Shown: positions 40,290 through 54,225 of the stretch, piece by piece
Layout: each line of letters begins with the position of its first letter
Numbering within the stretch: the first letter of the stretch is position 1
Source of the DNA: Octopus vulgaris
Lineage: Eukaryota
Assembly: GCA_951406725.2 (NCBI GenBank)
Contig: OX597830.1
Span: 67,022,001 to 67,086,000 of the forward strand
Reading direction: 5' to 3'
DNA: 64,000 nt
Made by a program: the position numbers and the translations under genes
The notes under the pieces: model-generated
The model's database searches: none
What the model was told of the DNA's origin: nothing
The model's input: only the letters and a program-made list of their open reading frames with translations

Positions 40290-40697
40290 TACTCTCTCTC
40301 TCTTTTACCTGTTTCAGTCATTTGACTGCGGTCATGTTGGAGCACCGCCTTTAGTCGAGCAAATCAACCCCGGGACTTATTCTTTGTAAGCCCAGTACTT
40401 ATTCTATCGGTCTCTTGCCGAACCGCTAAGTAACGGGGACATAAACACACCAGCATCAGTTGTCAAGCAATGCTAGGGGGACAAACACAGACACACAAAC
40501 AGACACACACATACACATATATATACATATATATGACAGGCTTCTTTCAGTTTCCGTCTACCAAATCCACTCACAAGGCATTGGTCGGCCCGGGGCTATA
40601 GCAGAAGACACTTGCCCAAGATGCCACGCAGTGGGACTGAACCCGGAACCATGTGGTTGGTTAGCAAGCTACTTACCATACAGCCACTCCTGCGCCT
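40290..40697 (-). mobile_element. SINE family A
   Basis: Full length. Confidence 0.92.
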
Positions 40698-40823
40698 GAA
40701 TATATCAGCTATATTCATAATTTTACTATACTTTATGCAAGGGAAGGATGATGATGAAATATTTTTAACACTTTTGCTCACAGCCCCAAAGTCAGACTAG
40801 GATATAACTCAAGGAAAACTACG

Positions 40824-40937
<114 letters not shown>

Positions 40938-41116
40938 AATCAAGGTAATGTCCTGGTGTGATTTGGTGAAAATAATTGAACGTATCTGAATTCAAACATA
41001 CCCATTCCACAGAAACATATCTGTCTCCAAATTCTTTAGACCTGTGTTATCGTTGCTTCTTTTTCTTAGTAGCGATATGCGTGCGTGTATGTGTGTGTGT
41101 ACATATATATATATAT

Positions 41117-41163
<47 letters not shown>

Positions 41164-41169
41164 CATATA

Positions 41170-41431
41170 AATATTGATAAAAATGGTAAGACAACAAAAG
41201 AATGAAAGAGACCTCGATATTATGTAAATAGAGGAATTTATCTGTAAATATGATATGTGACAATTATTCAGTAGCTATGATAAAACTCCGAGTTTCGGAT
41301 GTCGTGGCGGAAACCCACGCCGCCATCTCCTCAGTTATCCGGCCATCGATGGGTTTCCGCCCCGACATCCGAAAGTCGGAATTTTATCATAGCTACTGAA
41401 TAATTGCCACATATCATATTTACTGATATAA
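41170..41431 (-). mobile_element. HHR-bearing repeat family R3 with a partial inverted duplication, between (TA)n tracts
   Basis: Arms about 41246-41318 and 41350-41424 are reverse complements; second partial copy at 5010-5130. Confidence 0.8.
41279..41339 (-). ncRNA. Type I hammerhead ribozyme motif (R3)
   Basis: Reverse complement: gataa-CTGAGGA-gatg...catc-c-GAAA-ctc-g-gag-TT-ttatc; stem I gataa/ttatc, near-palindromic stem III. Confidence 0.78.
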
Positions 41432-41445
41432 CATATATATATATA

Positions 41446-41824
<379 letters not shown>

Positions 41825-41832
41825 CATACATA

Positions 41833-42344
41833 CCGTAAATCCTCGAGTAGAGTTCGCCCTTGAGTATAATAGGCAGGGAATTTTTAGGGGGCTGTACCTC
41901 TGAAAAACTTAAAACTTGTGTATAATACGCACCCCTTCTCTAACTTGGGTCAAGGAGGTCTATATAACGTCCTTGGTTTGTAAAAATGTATACGGTAACG
42001 TCCTTTATTATTACTGTATATATAACATAATGCAAACGTGTAGCTTTTTTGTGCATTTTGTTTGCAGAAAATAAAGAAATAACAGTAATAACGTTTAATA
42101 AATGTTGCTTATTGCAAGTTATGGATGATTCTTTTATGACTTCATTGCTTTTAGGCTTAGCTTAAGGTATTTTCGCGCCCGACATCACAAAATGCATCTG
42201 AATAAACATTGCCGGACAGCAAATAGAGACTCGGACATTGCTTAGAAAATATTTTTCATTTTTAACCTCGTATATAGTACGCACTAGGGATTTTGACCAT
42301 TAAATTTCGGGAAAAAAATGCGGATTATACTCGAGGATTTACGG
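41833..42344. mobile_element. Tc1/mariner (Tc2/pogo-like) MITE family F, opposite orientation to the 18778 copy
   Basis: TIRs ccgtaaatcctcgagta / tactcgaggatttacgg with TA on both sides. Confidence 0.92.
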
Positions 42345-42349
42345 TATAT

Positions 42350-42771
42350 ACTCTTTACTCTCTTTTACTCTTTTACTTGTTTCAGTCATTTGACTGTGGC
42401 CATGCTGGAGCACCGCCTTTAATCGAGAAACTCGACCCCGGGACTTATTCTTTTCTAAGCCCAGTACTTATTCTATCGGTCTCTTTTGCCGAACCGCTAA
42501 GTAACGGGGACATAAACACACCAGCATCAGTTGTCAAGCAATGCTAGGGGGACAAACACAGACACACAAACACACACACGCGCATATATATATATATATA
42601 TACATATATACGACGGGCTTCTTTCAGTTTCCGTCTACCAAATCCACTCAGAAGGCGTTGGTCGGCCGGAGGCTATAGCAGAAGACACTTGCCCAAGGTG
42701 CCACGCAGTGGGACTGAACCCGGAACCATGTGGTTGGTAAACAAGCTACTTACCACACAGCCACTCCTGCA

Positions 42772-42774
<3 letters not shown>
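42350..42774 (-). mobile_element. SINE family A
   Basis: Full length. Confidence 0.92.
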
Positions 42775-42812
<38 letters not shown>

Positions 42813-42813
42813 A

Positions 42814-42856
<43 letters not shown>

Positions 42857-43512
42857 TGTAATATATGTATATATGTTAGGTATATGTATACATACATTGA
42901 TAATTTAGTGTTGTTTATCCCCTACTCCAGATTAAATTTCAATTGAACAGCCCCTATGCCCAAAGACCTTCAGATTGCGACAATCACCTTTTCTCCGATA
43001 CTATTAATCCAACATGTCCTTCCTTTCTTAAAACGACAGTATTTAATGTCATGGAGATGTTTTTTGCATTGTTTTCTTTGTTTGTTTTGGCTGCTATTTC
43101 TAACAAATTGTGCAACTGCATTGAGACAGACAGACAGAAGCTTTTTTCTATGGCTTCACACATAACGAACAGTGTTGCAGTATTCTTCTGCCGGATTATT
43201 GTTATCACTTCAAACATCGAGTATTATTAAACAAACCATAACACAACATAACACGACAAGCGTCAACTAGATTTCCTCTTAAGAACATCAGTGAAAAAAC
43301 GTAATCACCAAAAGATTATTTTTATTTCTAGCTGTCCAACATTTCTAGCTGTAGCTAAACTTCTATATTATCGATTTCTTAACAGTTATTTTATTCATTT
43401 ATTTATTCATTTATTTATTTCCAATTTTTTTTTAAAACGAATCAATTGTGTTTGTATAATATATTCTCTTTCATAAATATCTGTCAAAGCAAAAACGGAA
43501 AAAAAACAATAG

Positions 43513-43930
<418 letters not shown>

Positions 43931-44129
43931 ACACACACTCACACGCATATATTTGTTGGGGTTTTTTTTTTGGGGTGTTTTTAATTAGGGGGTTAACAGT
44001 GTTGACTAACCCCTACCTTTGATTTCAGGTCAAACATTTTAATCTGTGATGCCTTTTAGTTTAATTTTCTTTTATAACTGTCAGATGTTTTTATGTATTT
44101 ATTTCATTGCATCGATTTAGCAAAATAAT

Positions 44130-45133
44130 ATGTGTGTATGTATGTATGTATGTATGTATGTATGTATGTATGTATGTACGTACGTACGTATGTATGTATG
44201 TATGTATGTATGTATGTATGTATGTATGCATGTATGTGTGTATGCATATGTGCACGTACGTATGCATGTATGTGTATATGTTCATGTATGTGTATGTGTG
44301 CATGTATGTATGTATATGTGTGCATTTTTGTATGTGCATGAGCGCATGTATGTATGCATACGTATGTATGCCTGTATGTATGTGTGTGTACATATGTATG
44401 TTCATTTTGTATATATGTTCGCATGTACACATGTACGTATCTATGTAAGTGCGTGCGTACCTTTTGTACGTACGTATGTATGTATTATGTATGTACGTAT
44501 GTATATATGTAAGTACGTACGTACGTATTTATGTATGTATATACGTGCATATGTATGTACGTACGTACGTACGTACGTACGTATTATGTATTGCGTACTC
44601 ATGTATGCAGTACGTATGTGTGTACGTACGTACGTACGTATGTATGTATGTGTGTATGTATGTGTATGTGTGTGTGTATGTACGTACGTACGTATGTATG
44701 TATGTATGTATGTGTGTGTGTGTATGTATGTATGTATGTATGTATGTATGTATGTATGAATGTATGTATGTATGCATGCATGTATGTGTGTTTGTGTGTT
44801 TGCATATGTGCACGTACGTATGCATGTATGTGTATATGTTCATGTATGTGTATGTGTGCATGTATGTATGTATAAGTCTGCATGTGTGCATATATGTATG
44901 TCTGTATGTATGTGTGTAAGCATATGTATGTTTATTTTGTATATATGTTCGCATGTACATATGTACGTATCTGTGTTAGTGCGTGCATACCTTTTGTACG
45001 TATGTATTATGTATGTATATACGTGCATATGTATTTACGTACGTATGTATGTACATATTATGTATGTAGTACGTATGTGTGTACGTACGTACGTACGTAC
45101 GTATGTGTGTACGTACGTACGTATGTACGAACG

Positions 45134-45167
<34 letters not shown>

Positions 45168-45199
45168 TGTATGTATGTATGTATGTATGTATGTATGTA

Positions 45200-45230
<31 letters not shown>

Positions 45231-45275
45231 ATGTATGTATGTATGTGTGTGTGTGTATGTATGTATGTATGTAAT
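44130..45275. repeat. Complex (TATG/TACG/TG)n microsatellite with a higher-order tandem duplication
   Basis: Landmarks such as ttttgtatatatgttcgcatgtac and taccttttgtacgta occur twice, about 530 bp apart. Confidence 0.9.
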
Positions 45276-45710
45276 GTACATAGCATATACCTGCAGTTTA
45301 TCTTGTAGGAACATAAGTCTTATTTTTTTTTGCCATAAAATTTTAATGATGTTTTATTTCATTATTGTTCTTTTTTATCTGTTTTCCTTGTGTCCTAATT
45401 TATTTCCCTTTTCTTTTTTCTTTTTTTTTTTTGGTACGCGGCGATGATATTCTGTAACCTAATTCGATGTGATGTTTAATATATGTAAGCAACGTAGAAA
45501 GATATTACATTGTATTTACACACCGGAATGTTGTTGACATTCATTTAACGAACTTTCAATGATCACTTTATCGAAATCTCTTTATTTCTTTATCGATCTA
45601 ACAATCAGATAACGCTCGTCACAATTCGCTTCTATTGCTCCCTTAATTGCGCTCTTCTCTCGCATATGGGTCCTAATTGTTTGACACTGTAGCCTTCTCA
45701 TAATCTTGGC

Positions 45711-46279
45711 CAGTGCTTTTCAACCATTTTTTAAACCTTTATACCCCCTTTTCATTATTATTCTATTTTGGTGACCCCCCCAAAGCCATTTGGTGTTTAA
45801 CCCTTTAGCATTCAGATTTACTCTGTCAAATGTAAAGCCTGTTTAATTACATTGTTTTAAATTAATTGTACAGCATCTTGTAACTCTGAGATTTTGATGA
45901 TGTCCCTGTTTAATTTTAGAATGACTTTGTAGGGTAGGTGTGAGAGGTCAGAGCTGGCTGGTTTGAGCATAAAACAGGAAGACAATTTTGGCTTGATATG
46001 GCCGGTCTAAACACTAAAGGGTTAAAGACCAGCTTTATAAATGCTTCTTTCAAGATTCCTAATTTGTTATTCACACATTGGCTTGTGTAGGTTGAACTAT
46101 GTTAAATGTCAGAGAAAGAAACCTAGCTTTTTCTTGCAATAAATACATCCAAGATAACATTTCTTCATGGACCCTTAAAATACTACTGTAGATTCCAGTT
46201 TACTATTTTGCTTGCGCAGACCCCCAAAAGTCTTACATGAAACTCCAGGGGTCACATGGACCTCTGTTGAGAACCACTG
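45711..46279. mobile_element. hAT-Charlie-like MITE (right-end fragment also at about 58325-58478)
   Basis: TIRs cagtgcttttcaacc / gttgagaaccactg; internal tggaccc motifs as in the 35135 copy. Confidence 0.7.
45801..46021. mobile_element. piggyBac-like MITE, TTAA TSD
   Basis: ttaa|ccctttag...ctaaaggg|ttaa, nested in the Charlie-like MITE. Confidence 0.75.
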
Positions 46280-46289
46280 GTGATGGCAG

Positions 46290-47160
46290 TCTTTTGAATG
46301 GTTTCTTCCGTACTTTTGGATATCATTTGACAACTGCACGAGTACACCAGTTGCCTTTGAACTTTGCGGCATGTCTAACCCAGCGGAACTTGCACTTTCA
46401 CTATTACGCGATCACATCGTTCGCTCCACTCCTTTCTTGAATAACTTCACTTCGGATCTGCTTCTGAAATGATATACTTTGCATGGATCTTCCTATAGTC
46501 CTATATTGTAACCAGTCATTCTTCGTCTTTCTTCATCGTAGCCCACTTCTCACTTACATATAAAAGCGCAGGTCGGACTACGTTATTCAAGATTGGGATC
46601 TTTTCGGTTTGAACGGCAGTTTTTAAAAATAATTTCCACGTAACTAAACACTTTTAAACTTAGTATACTGGTAGAATGTGTTTATAAAACATCTTTTTCT
46701 CTTGGCTTTATTGAGAAAATTCTATAGTTTGTAAGATATTTGTTGTTTTTTTTCTTCAATTTCTGAAATTTCAACCAATCAATGACGTCTATTGAGGTGA
46801 AAACATTCTGTGCCGTATGAAAATGTCCCTCGTTTAAGAAACAGATTGGGTTTATTTACATTTGTGAAGAAAAAAAAGATACCCTTCTTCCACCCCTAAT
46901 CCTAAGCCTAACCCTAACTAACCCTAACCCTAAAACAGATTGAAATGCACTAGATCGATACTAGGGTCATAATTATGGGTGACAATTTCATATGACATCG
47001 CTAGAAAAAACTTCCATTCAAACCGAAAAACTTCCAATATTGGCTCGTAGCATATAATTCGATCGTGCTTTGAGCACAAATTTAATCAAGACAAACGCCC
47101 TTCATCTTACTCTAACTCTACACCAGATTTCAGAGTTCATGTCGTCTTCACGTACTCCTT
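46290..47160 (-). pseudogene. Decayed RTE-clade LINE, RT C-terminal region
   Basis: Minus-strand remnants DMNSEIWCRVR..RAF, VVRPALLYVSEKW and IRSEVIQERSGANDV...KFRWVRHAAK..GNWCTRAVV.YPK resemble RTE VLPALxYGSETW and WRWAGHVAR motifs; interrupted by MITE D. May extend to about 48500. Confidence 0.7.
46595..47035. mobile_element. MITE family D, 6-bp TSD aagatt/aatatt
   Basis: Same TIRs and body as 9832-10256, with (TAACCC)n. Confidence 0.88.
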
Positions 47161-47434
47161 CACCTCTTCCGTATCATCATTTCCCACCATTTGGCCAATT
47201 GACACAAGACTAAATTGTCTTGTCAATATGCTATAAATATATATAGTCATTTGACTGCGGCCATGCTGGAGCACCGCATTTAGTCGAGCAAATCGACCCC
47301 GGGACTTATTCTTTGTAAGCCTAGTACTTAGTCTATCGGTCTCTTTTTGCCGAACCGCTATGTTCGTCACGGAGACGCAAACACACAGCATCGGTTGTCA
47401 AGCGATGTAGGGGGGACAAACACAGACACACAAG

Positions 47435-47512
<78 letters not shown>

Positions 47513-49114
47513 CAAGGTCTTTCCCTTGTTCTTTTTTCAGATGAGATTTTTTATTTATTTTATAACTGTTTTTTTTCTCTTCTCATTACTAATATAAATT
47601 CAATTAGTTTACAGTTATTTTCGGTTTACTAGATTAACTATGTTAATCAGTACTTAACTATGTTCTTCGTGCAGAGGCACCCCTGGAAAGTTTTCTACCA
47701 CTATTACATTAAATTGCCTAATCAGTACATTATTGCTCCATCCTCACAGATGTTTACCGTTTCATTGAGCTTCCTCCTTTCCGTTGTTGTCAGTGGCATT
47801 TCCGACTTTCCATCCATGACCTCTCAGATGACTATTCAGTGACAGATCTACATGGTTTAAAGCATAGGTGACAGACGAGATTTGTAACTTACTATGTTTC
47901 CAACTGGTTTGGTTTGCACACGTTACCATTCTTCTATCGCCATTGGACTTTCAGTACATGGGACGACAAATGTGGTCATCATAAAAAAAAAAAAACTGTA
48001 CATAACTGGATTATAAGGATAAATGCTTGTACCAATACGAGTACCACTCTCTGAGTATCCGTGATTAGGACCTAATAATTGGCCGAAGCGAGATGACCCC
48101 TAATCACGTGAAACTGCGGGTTTTTACATTAGAGTGTGCTTTTAAAAAGGATACTGTGACAACACCTGTAGATTTCTCGCTCCCCCTGGTTTTACTACAT
48201 GTCCTGACTCCAACAAAGAGTATTTCTTATTTCTTTATTGCCCACATGGGGCTAAACATAGAGGGGACAAACAAGGACAGACAAAGGGATTAAGTCGATC
48301 ACATCGACCCCGAGTATTTCTCTGCGTCTCCGCGCTCAGATGGAATATCATCATAAATACTAAGTAGGCTATGACTGGGACCCTCAGAGGTGCTACTACT
48401 CTTGGTGGGAGTAGAGCTGGGAACAATACTGGCTAAGAAGAGGTACCACGCTTCTCAAATTCCTTGAATTCCCGAACCAGAGCCCCACTACCGAATGCAG
48501 CTTAAAGTCATAACTAGAACGGGTATACATACATTCACTCACACTCATACAAGCATACATACATACATACACGCATACACTCACATGCACACATACATAC
48601 GTACACACACACATACACACACGCACATATATAAATGTATGTATATATATTTATATATGTATTTATATATACTTTATTATTAATCACTGAAGTTACACTA
48701 GTTCTTGTATCACCTGACCAACATATATGGGTGTGTGTGTATGTATGTATATTTGTGTGTATATATATACAAACACACGCACACATATATATATATATAC
48801 ATACATACATGTGTGCGTATGCATATATATATATGTGTGTTTATATATACATATACATGTGTGTATATATATATATATGTGTGTATTTGTGTATGTGTGT
48901 GTGCGTTCATATCTGTGAGTATGTATGTGTGTGTGTGTGTGTGTATGTGTGTGTGTTTTATTTGGCATGCAGTATTCAGACAGCTGGTAATTTTCCAGGA
49001 GGACACTCATATATATAATAAAATTTATTGTACTGAAATACAGGCAACAACGAATACAAAGAACTCAATATTAGTAGTAAAGTAATATAAATTCTTTTCT
49101 TTTTTTTTCTTTTT

Positions 49115-49462
49115 ATTCTTTTACTTGTTTCTGTCACTTGACTGCGACCATGCTGGAGCACCGCCTTCAGTCGAGCAAATCGACCCCAGGACTTATTCTT
49201 TGTAAGCCTAGTACTTATTCGAACCGCTAAGATACGGGGACGTAAACACACCAGCATCGGCTGTCAAGCGATGTTGGGGAGACAAACACAGACACACAAA
49301 CATATACACACACATACATATATATACATATATACGACGGAAACTTCTTTCAGTTTCCGTCTACCAAATCCACACACAAGGCTTTGGTCGGCCGGAGGCT
49401 ATAGTAAAAGACACTTGCCCAAGGTGCCACGCAGTGAGAATGAATCCGGAAGCATGTGGTTC
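49115..49462 (-). mobile_element. SINE family A, slightly truncated (partial copy also at 47245-47490)
   Basis: Sequence match. Confidence 0.85.
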
Positions 49463-49589
49463 GTGTGATTTTTATATGATGGAGAAAAAAAAAGTTAATC
49501 ATTATATTTCTGGAAGATATAACCGGTTAGGAGAAATGTTTCATTGATAACTTCAGCCGTCTGGTGTTATAAAGGGCTTAAATTATATT

Positions 49590-49919
49590 AGTGTTTTAAA
49601 GAGATTATGCTGAAAAGGATTCGCTAATTCCGCGTGGAAATTATGAAGAACGGAGGCTGGAAAATAGAATTTCATAAGATTCTCACATACAGAATAGCAG
49701 GGCTTACTCTTTTACTTGTTTCAGTCATTTGACTGCGGCCATGCTGGAACACCGCCTTTTAGTCGAGCAAATCGACCCCGGGACTTATTCTTTAGAAGCC
49801 CAGTACTTATTCTATCGGTCTCTTTTGCCGAACCGCTAACTGACGGGGACGTAAACACACCAGCATCGGTTGTCAAGCAATGCTAGGGTGACAAACGCAG
49901 ACACACAAACACATACACA

Positions 49920-50007
<88 letters not shown>

Positions 50008-50900
50008 TACGACAAGCTTCTTTCAGTTTCCGTCTACCAAATCCACTCACAAGGCATTGGTCGGCCCGGGGCTATAGCAGAAGACACTTGCCCAAGATGC
50101 CACGCAGTGGGACTGAACCCGGAACCATGTGGTTGGTTTGCAAGCTACTTACCACACAGCCACTCCTGCGCCTGTTAGAATTCTCCATCTCTTGTCGTAG
50201 CATTTGGGTATCTAAGATTTCATATAAATTGAGAGAAACTGGTATATGCGCTTCTAATTTTATGGCGAAAATTGTTCAGATATTGATCGTAGTGTAATTT
50301 GAAACCATTAGAAGTTAACTTGATGAATGAACTAGAAACCGTCTGTTTTGATAATATCAATGTAAATAAGCTCTTTTGAAGCGTGTTCACGGTCTAGTGG
50401 GCATTCATTTCAGTTAAGGCAATTGCATGTCTGTGAACGTTTAGATAGGCAGAAAAAAGGCTAAGTTTGAAGCGATTCATATTAGATAACGTTTGTGTGG
50501 AATTACATGTCGTATCAATTTTGTTAAACAATTTGTTACACTTAAAGCGTGGATGAAGTAAATTTTACAAACGGCTCAAAAAGATTTTGGCTACGAATGT
50601 TGAATTGTGTTGCCTATAGAGGGTATTCAACCGTGTAATACATCTCTTTTATTTTTATGGGGCTCGTAAAATGACATATAGTATATTTTTACGGAAAATC
50701 CATGTTATTTTATAGTATATCGTTGTGGTATTTTGAAGTGTCTGCGAGAACTGATTCGTTGGAGAGAGGCTGGAGAAATGTAAGGACAATATTCTTAATT
50801 AGATTGTTTAGTATGTTGTGTGGATGATTAGAAAGTCTGTGTATGTAGTAAAGAGAATCGTAAGGCATTCTGAAAGGTGGGAATTAACAGTAACTGCGAG
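49590..50900 (-). pseudogene. Second, much older Penelope-like element (RT thumb + Cys linker + GIY-YIG)
   Basis: Minus-strand remnants in the expected order: PFRMPYDSLYYIHRLSNHPHNIL (about 50870-50805), ITRLNTLY..STFVAKIFL (WFNPPY-like, about 50640), TCNCLN*NECPL (about 50430), FIKLTSNGFKLHY...FRH...TSFSQFI*NL (YIG-like, about 50330-50215); interrupted by SINE A. Confidence 0.65.
49706..50173 (-). mobile_element. SINE family A
   Basis: Full length. Confidence 0.92.
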
Positions 50901-51031
50901 AACGCTGAGAATCTTCAGACCATATTCGAGCTTTCAATCCGAGTTCTTTGAAAAAATTATGTTCTTTTCCAAATATCTCTGCTTGACAGTGTTTAAAATT
51001 ACGCAGAAATATGCGTGCATGTATGTATGTA

Positions 51032-51081
<50 letters not shown>

Positions 51082-51389
51082 CGCGCACATGTGTGTATAT
51101 GTGCATGAGTACGTGTGTGTATATATGTGCATGTGTGTGTATGACGGACTTTCTGGTCAGTTTCTATCTAGCATGCTTCACTCACAAAACTTGATACTTG
51201 ATAGCATCCTACCCTCCAAAGATGTTAATCCAGTGGAATCAAACATGTAGGTAGCCATGCAGTTGCGCCTGTCCTCATACACATAATATCAAAAGCCGGC
51301 CACCGGAAGTGTTATCGAAACTGGAATCAAGTGATTGTGAAGTTAACTTCCTAACTACACAACCATGTTTGCGTATAATATACACTGTT

Positions 51390-51597
51390 TTTTTTACTCT
51401 TTTACTTGTTTCAGTCATTTGACTGCGGCCATGCTGGAGCACCGCCTTTAGTCGAGCAAATCGACCCCAGGACTTATTCTTTGTAAGCCCAGTACTTATT
51501 CTATCGGTCTCTTTTCCCGAACCGCTATGTCACGGAGACGTAAACACGCAGCATCGGTTGTCAAGCGATGTAGGGGGGACAAACACAGACACACAAG

Positions 51598-51662
<65 letters not shown>

Positions 51663-51830
51663 GTATATACATATATACGACAAGCTTCTTTCAGTTTCCG
51701 TCAAACTAATCCACTCACAAGCCTTTGGTCGGCCCGAGGCTATAGTAGAAGACAATTACCCAAGGTGCCACGCAGTGGGACTGAACCCGGAACCATGGGG
51801 TTCGTAAGCAAGCTACTTACCACACAGCCG
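51390..51830 (-). mobile_element. SINE family A
   Basis: Near full length. Confidence 0.9.
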
Positions 51831-52046
51831 CGTTGGTAATTTAGACACAATTTTGAAGGGGGTTGGGGTGGGGGTCAGTCGATACTATCGTCCCCAGTTC
51901 TTGACTGGTGCCTTATTACATTATTTTAATGACTCCGGGTGGATGAAAAACAAAGGTAACCTCGATGAGATTTGAAATCGGAACGAAAAGAGCCGGAGAA
52001 GATACCGCAAAGCGTTTTTTATTTTGTTCCGACGCTCTAACGATTC

Positions 52047-52458
52047 TTATTTCTTTATTGCCCACAAGGGGCTAAACATAGAGTGGACAAACAAGGGCAG
52101 ACAAAGGTATTAAGTCGATTACATCGACCCCAGTACTCCACTGGTACTTAATTTATCGACCCCGAAAGGATGAAAAGCAAAGTCGAACTTGGCGGAATTT
52201 GAACACAGAACGTAACGGCAGACGAAATACCTATTTCTTTACTACCCACAAGGGGCCAAACACAGAGGGGACAAACAAGGACAGACAAAGGGATTAAGTC
52301 GATTACATCGACCACAGTGCGTAACTGGTACTTAATTTATCGACCCCGAAAGGATGAAAGGCAAAGTCGTCCTCGGAGGAATTTGAACTCAGAACGTAGC
52401 GGCAGACGAAATGAGGCTGCGCATTTTGCCCGGCGTGCTAACGTTTCTGCCAGCCACC
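52047..52458 (-). mobile_element. SINE family B dimer
   Basis: Two body units joined at gacgaaatacc|tatttc. Confidence 0.88.
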
Positions 52459-52659
52459 CGCAACCGGTGTATATATATAACAAAAGCTATTCGCCACTAT
52501 GACTACAAATTGCAGACTATGAATTTTTCCAGATTTTTCTACACAACCGGAATTTACGCATGTAATTTTAGTTTCATTTCATAGATACAACCATCAATCA
52601 TTGTGAAATTGTTTCCTTTAATTATTTGTTATCTCAAATCCTATTTTCAGACAACATCA

Positions 52660-52801
52660 TACATACATACATACATGCATGCATGCATACATGCATACAT
52701 ACATACATACATACATACATACATACATACATTCATACATACATACATACGTACATACATACATACATACATACATACATACATACATGCACATATATAT
52801 A

Positions 52802-52836
<35 letters not shown>

Positions 52837-53080
52837 GTATATATATATATATATATAATGTATATATATATATATATAAATATACACATATACATATATG
52901 TAAATAAATGTATATATATACATACATATATGTGTGTGTGTATATACATACACACATGTGTATGTATGTATATGTGTGAGTTTGTGCGTATATATATATA
53001 TATGCATACATACATACATACATACATACATACATACATACATACATACATACATACATACATACATACATACATACATG
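52660..53080. repeat. (CATA)n/(TA)n microsatellite
   Basis: Directly visible. Confidence 0.95.
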
Positions 53081-53440
53081 CGCGCGTGTGAGTGTGTGTA
53101 ATCTGCATTATTTTAAGCTTCGCAAATGTAAAATAAAAACATGTATGATGGTTTCTGAGTGCTGAGTGGTCTTTTCTTTCATTTGAAAACACACTACACA
53201 CACACACACGCGCGCACATCCTTACATATATAAATATATATATTAAAATGTCTCGATTTGAGAGAAACATAAAAAAGTATATGCATTCTTTCTATGTCTT
53301 TGATGTGCATGTGTACGTGTGTGTGTGTGTGTGTGCGTGTGTGTGTGTATCCTAACTTGTGTGATATTTATTGAGTGCTAAGCATGTTCTAGATTAAATC
53401 GGTCGAAATGTGTAGCATTCAAAACATATATCTCTAAATC

Positions 53441-53859
53441 TAAGGTGGCGAGCTGGCAGAATCGTTAGCACGCCGGGCAGAATGCTTAGCGGTATTTCGT
53501 CTGCCGCTACGTTCTGAGTTCAAATTCCGCCGAGGTCGACTTTGCCTTTCATCCTTTCGGAGTCGATTAAATAAGTACCAGTTACACACTGGGGTCGATT
53601 GAATCGACTTAATCCGTTTGTCTGTCCTTGTTTGTCCTCTCTGTGTTTAGCCCCTTGTGGGTAGTAAAGAAATAGGTATTTCGTCTGCCGTTACGTTCTG
53701 AGTTCAAATTCCGCCGAGGTTGACTTTGCCTTTCATCCTTTCGAGGTCGATTAAATAAGTACCAGTTACGCACTGGGGTCGATATAATCGACTTAATCCG
53801 TTTGTCTGTCCTTGTTTGTTCTCTCTGTGTTTTAGCCCCTTGTGGGTAGTAAAGACATT
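53441..53859 (+). mobile_element. SINE family B dimer, 14-bp TSD
   Basis: TSD tatatctctaaatc at 53427-53440 and 53860-53873. Confidence 0.92.
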
Positions 53860-54009
53860 TATATCTCTAAATCCTTTAATAAATTCGTCTAGTTTGCTTC
53901 TTATATCTTTTCTTTTCTCTTTTTTTTTACCGTAGAGTTGGGTTGACTGAAGGTATGTTTATATAAACAAAATAATTAACAATTCCATCCGTTTCCTATC
54001 TTGATTTAT

Positions 54010-54225
54010 TCGAAAGGCTGCCGTCGTTCAGGTTTCGTTGACACAAATTTGCCGTTCGGACAGAGGTCTGCAAGGGACCCCTGTAATAACCTCATATGCA
54101 TACCGCCAATCAGAGCTCACCTTGACCATGTCAAGTTAACAAACACACTCTACCATGTAAACTCAAGACAAAGAATGGTGTTGTAAGTCGACCGATCGAC
54201 AAGTTATACCTGACGGGTGGAAGTC
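54010..54225 (+). pseudogene. Possible BEL/Pao LTR-retrotransposon pol C-terminal remnant
   Basis: VDTNLPFGQ and, in another frame, LKTKNGVVSRPIDKLYL resemble the BEL/Pao end motif DxNLPRGQW...LKTxxGxxxRPIxKLYPL; followed by purine-rich gggtggaag. Confidence 0.4.

Noticed and set aside
38522-40389. Host gene ZMYM1/PRKRIR-like
   Set aside because: Intronless, with multiple stops, frameshifts and SINE insertions: a dead hAT transposase rather than a domesticated gene.
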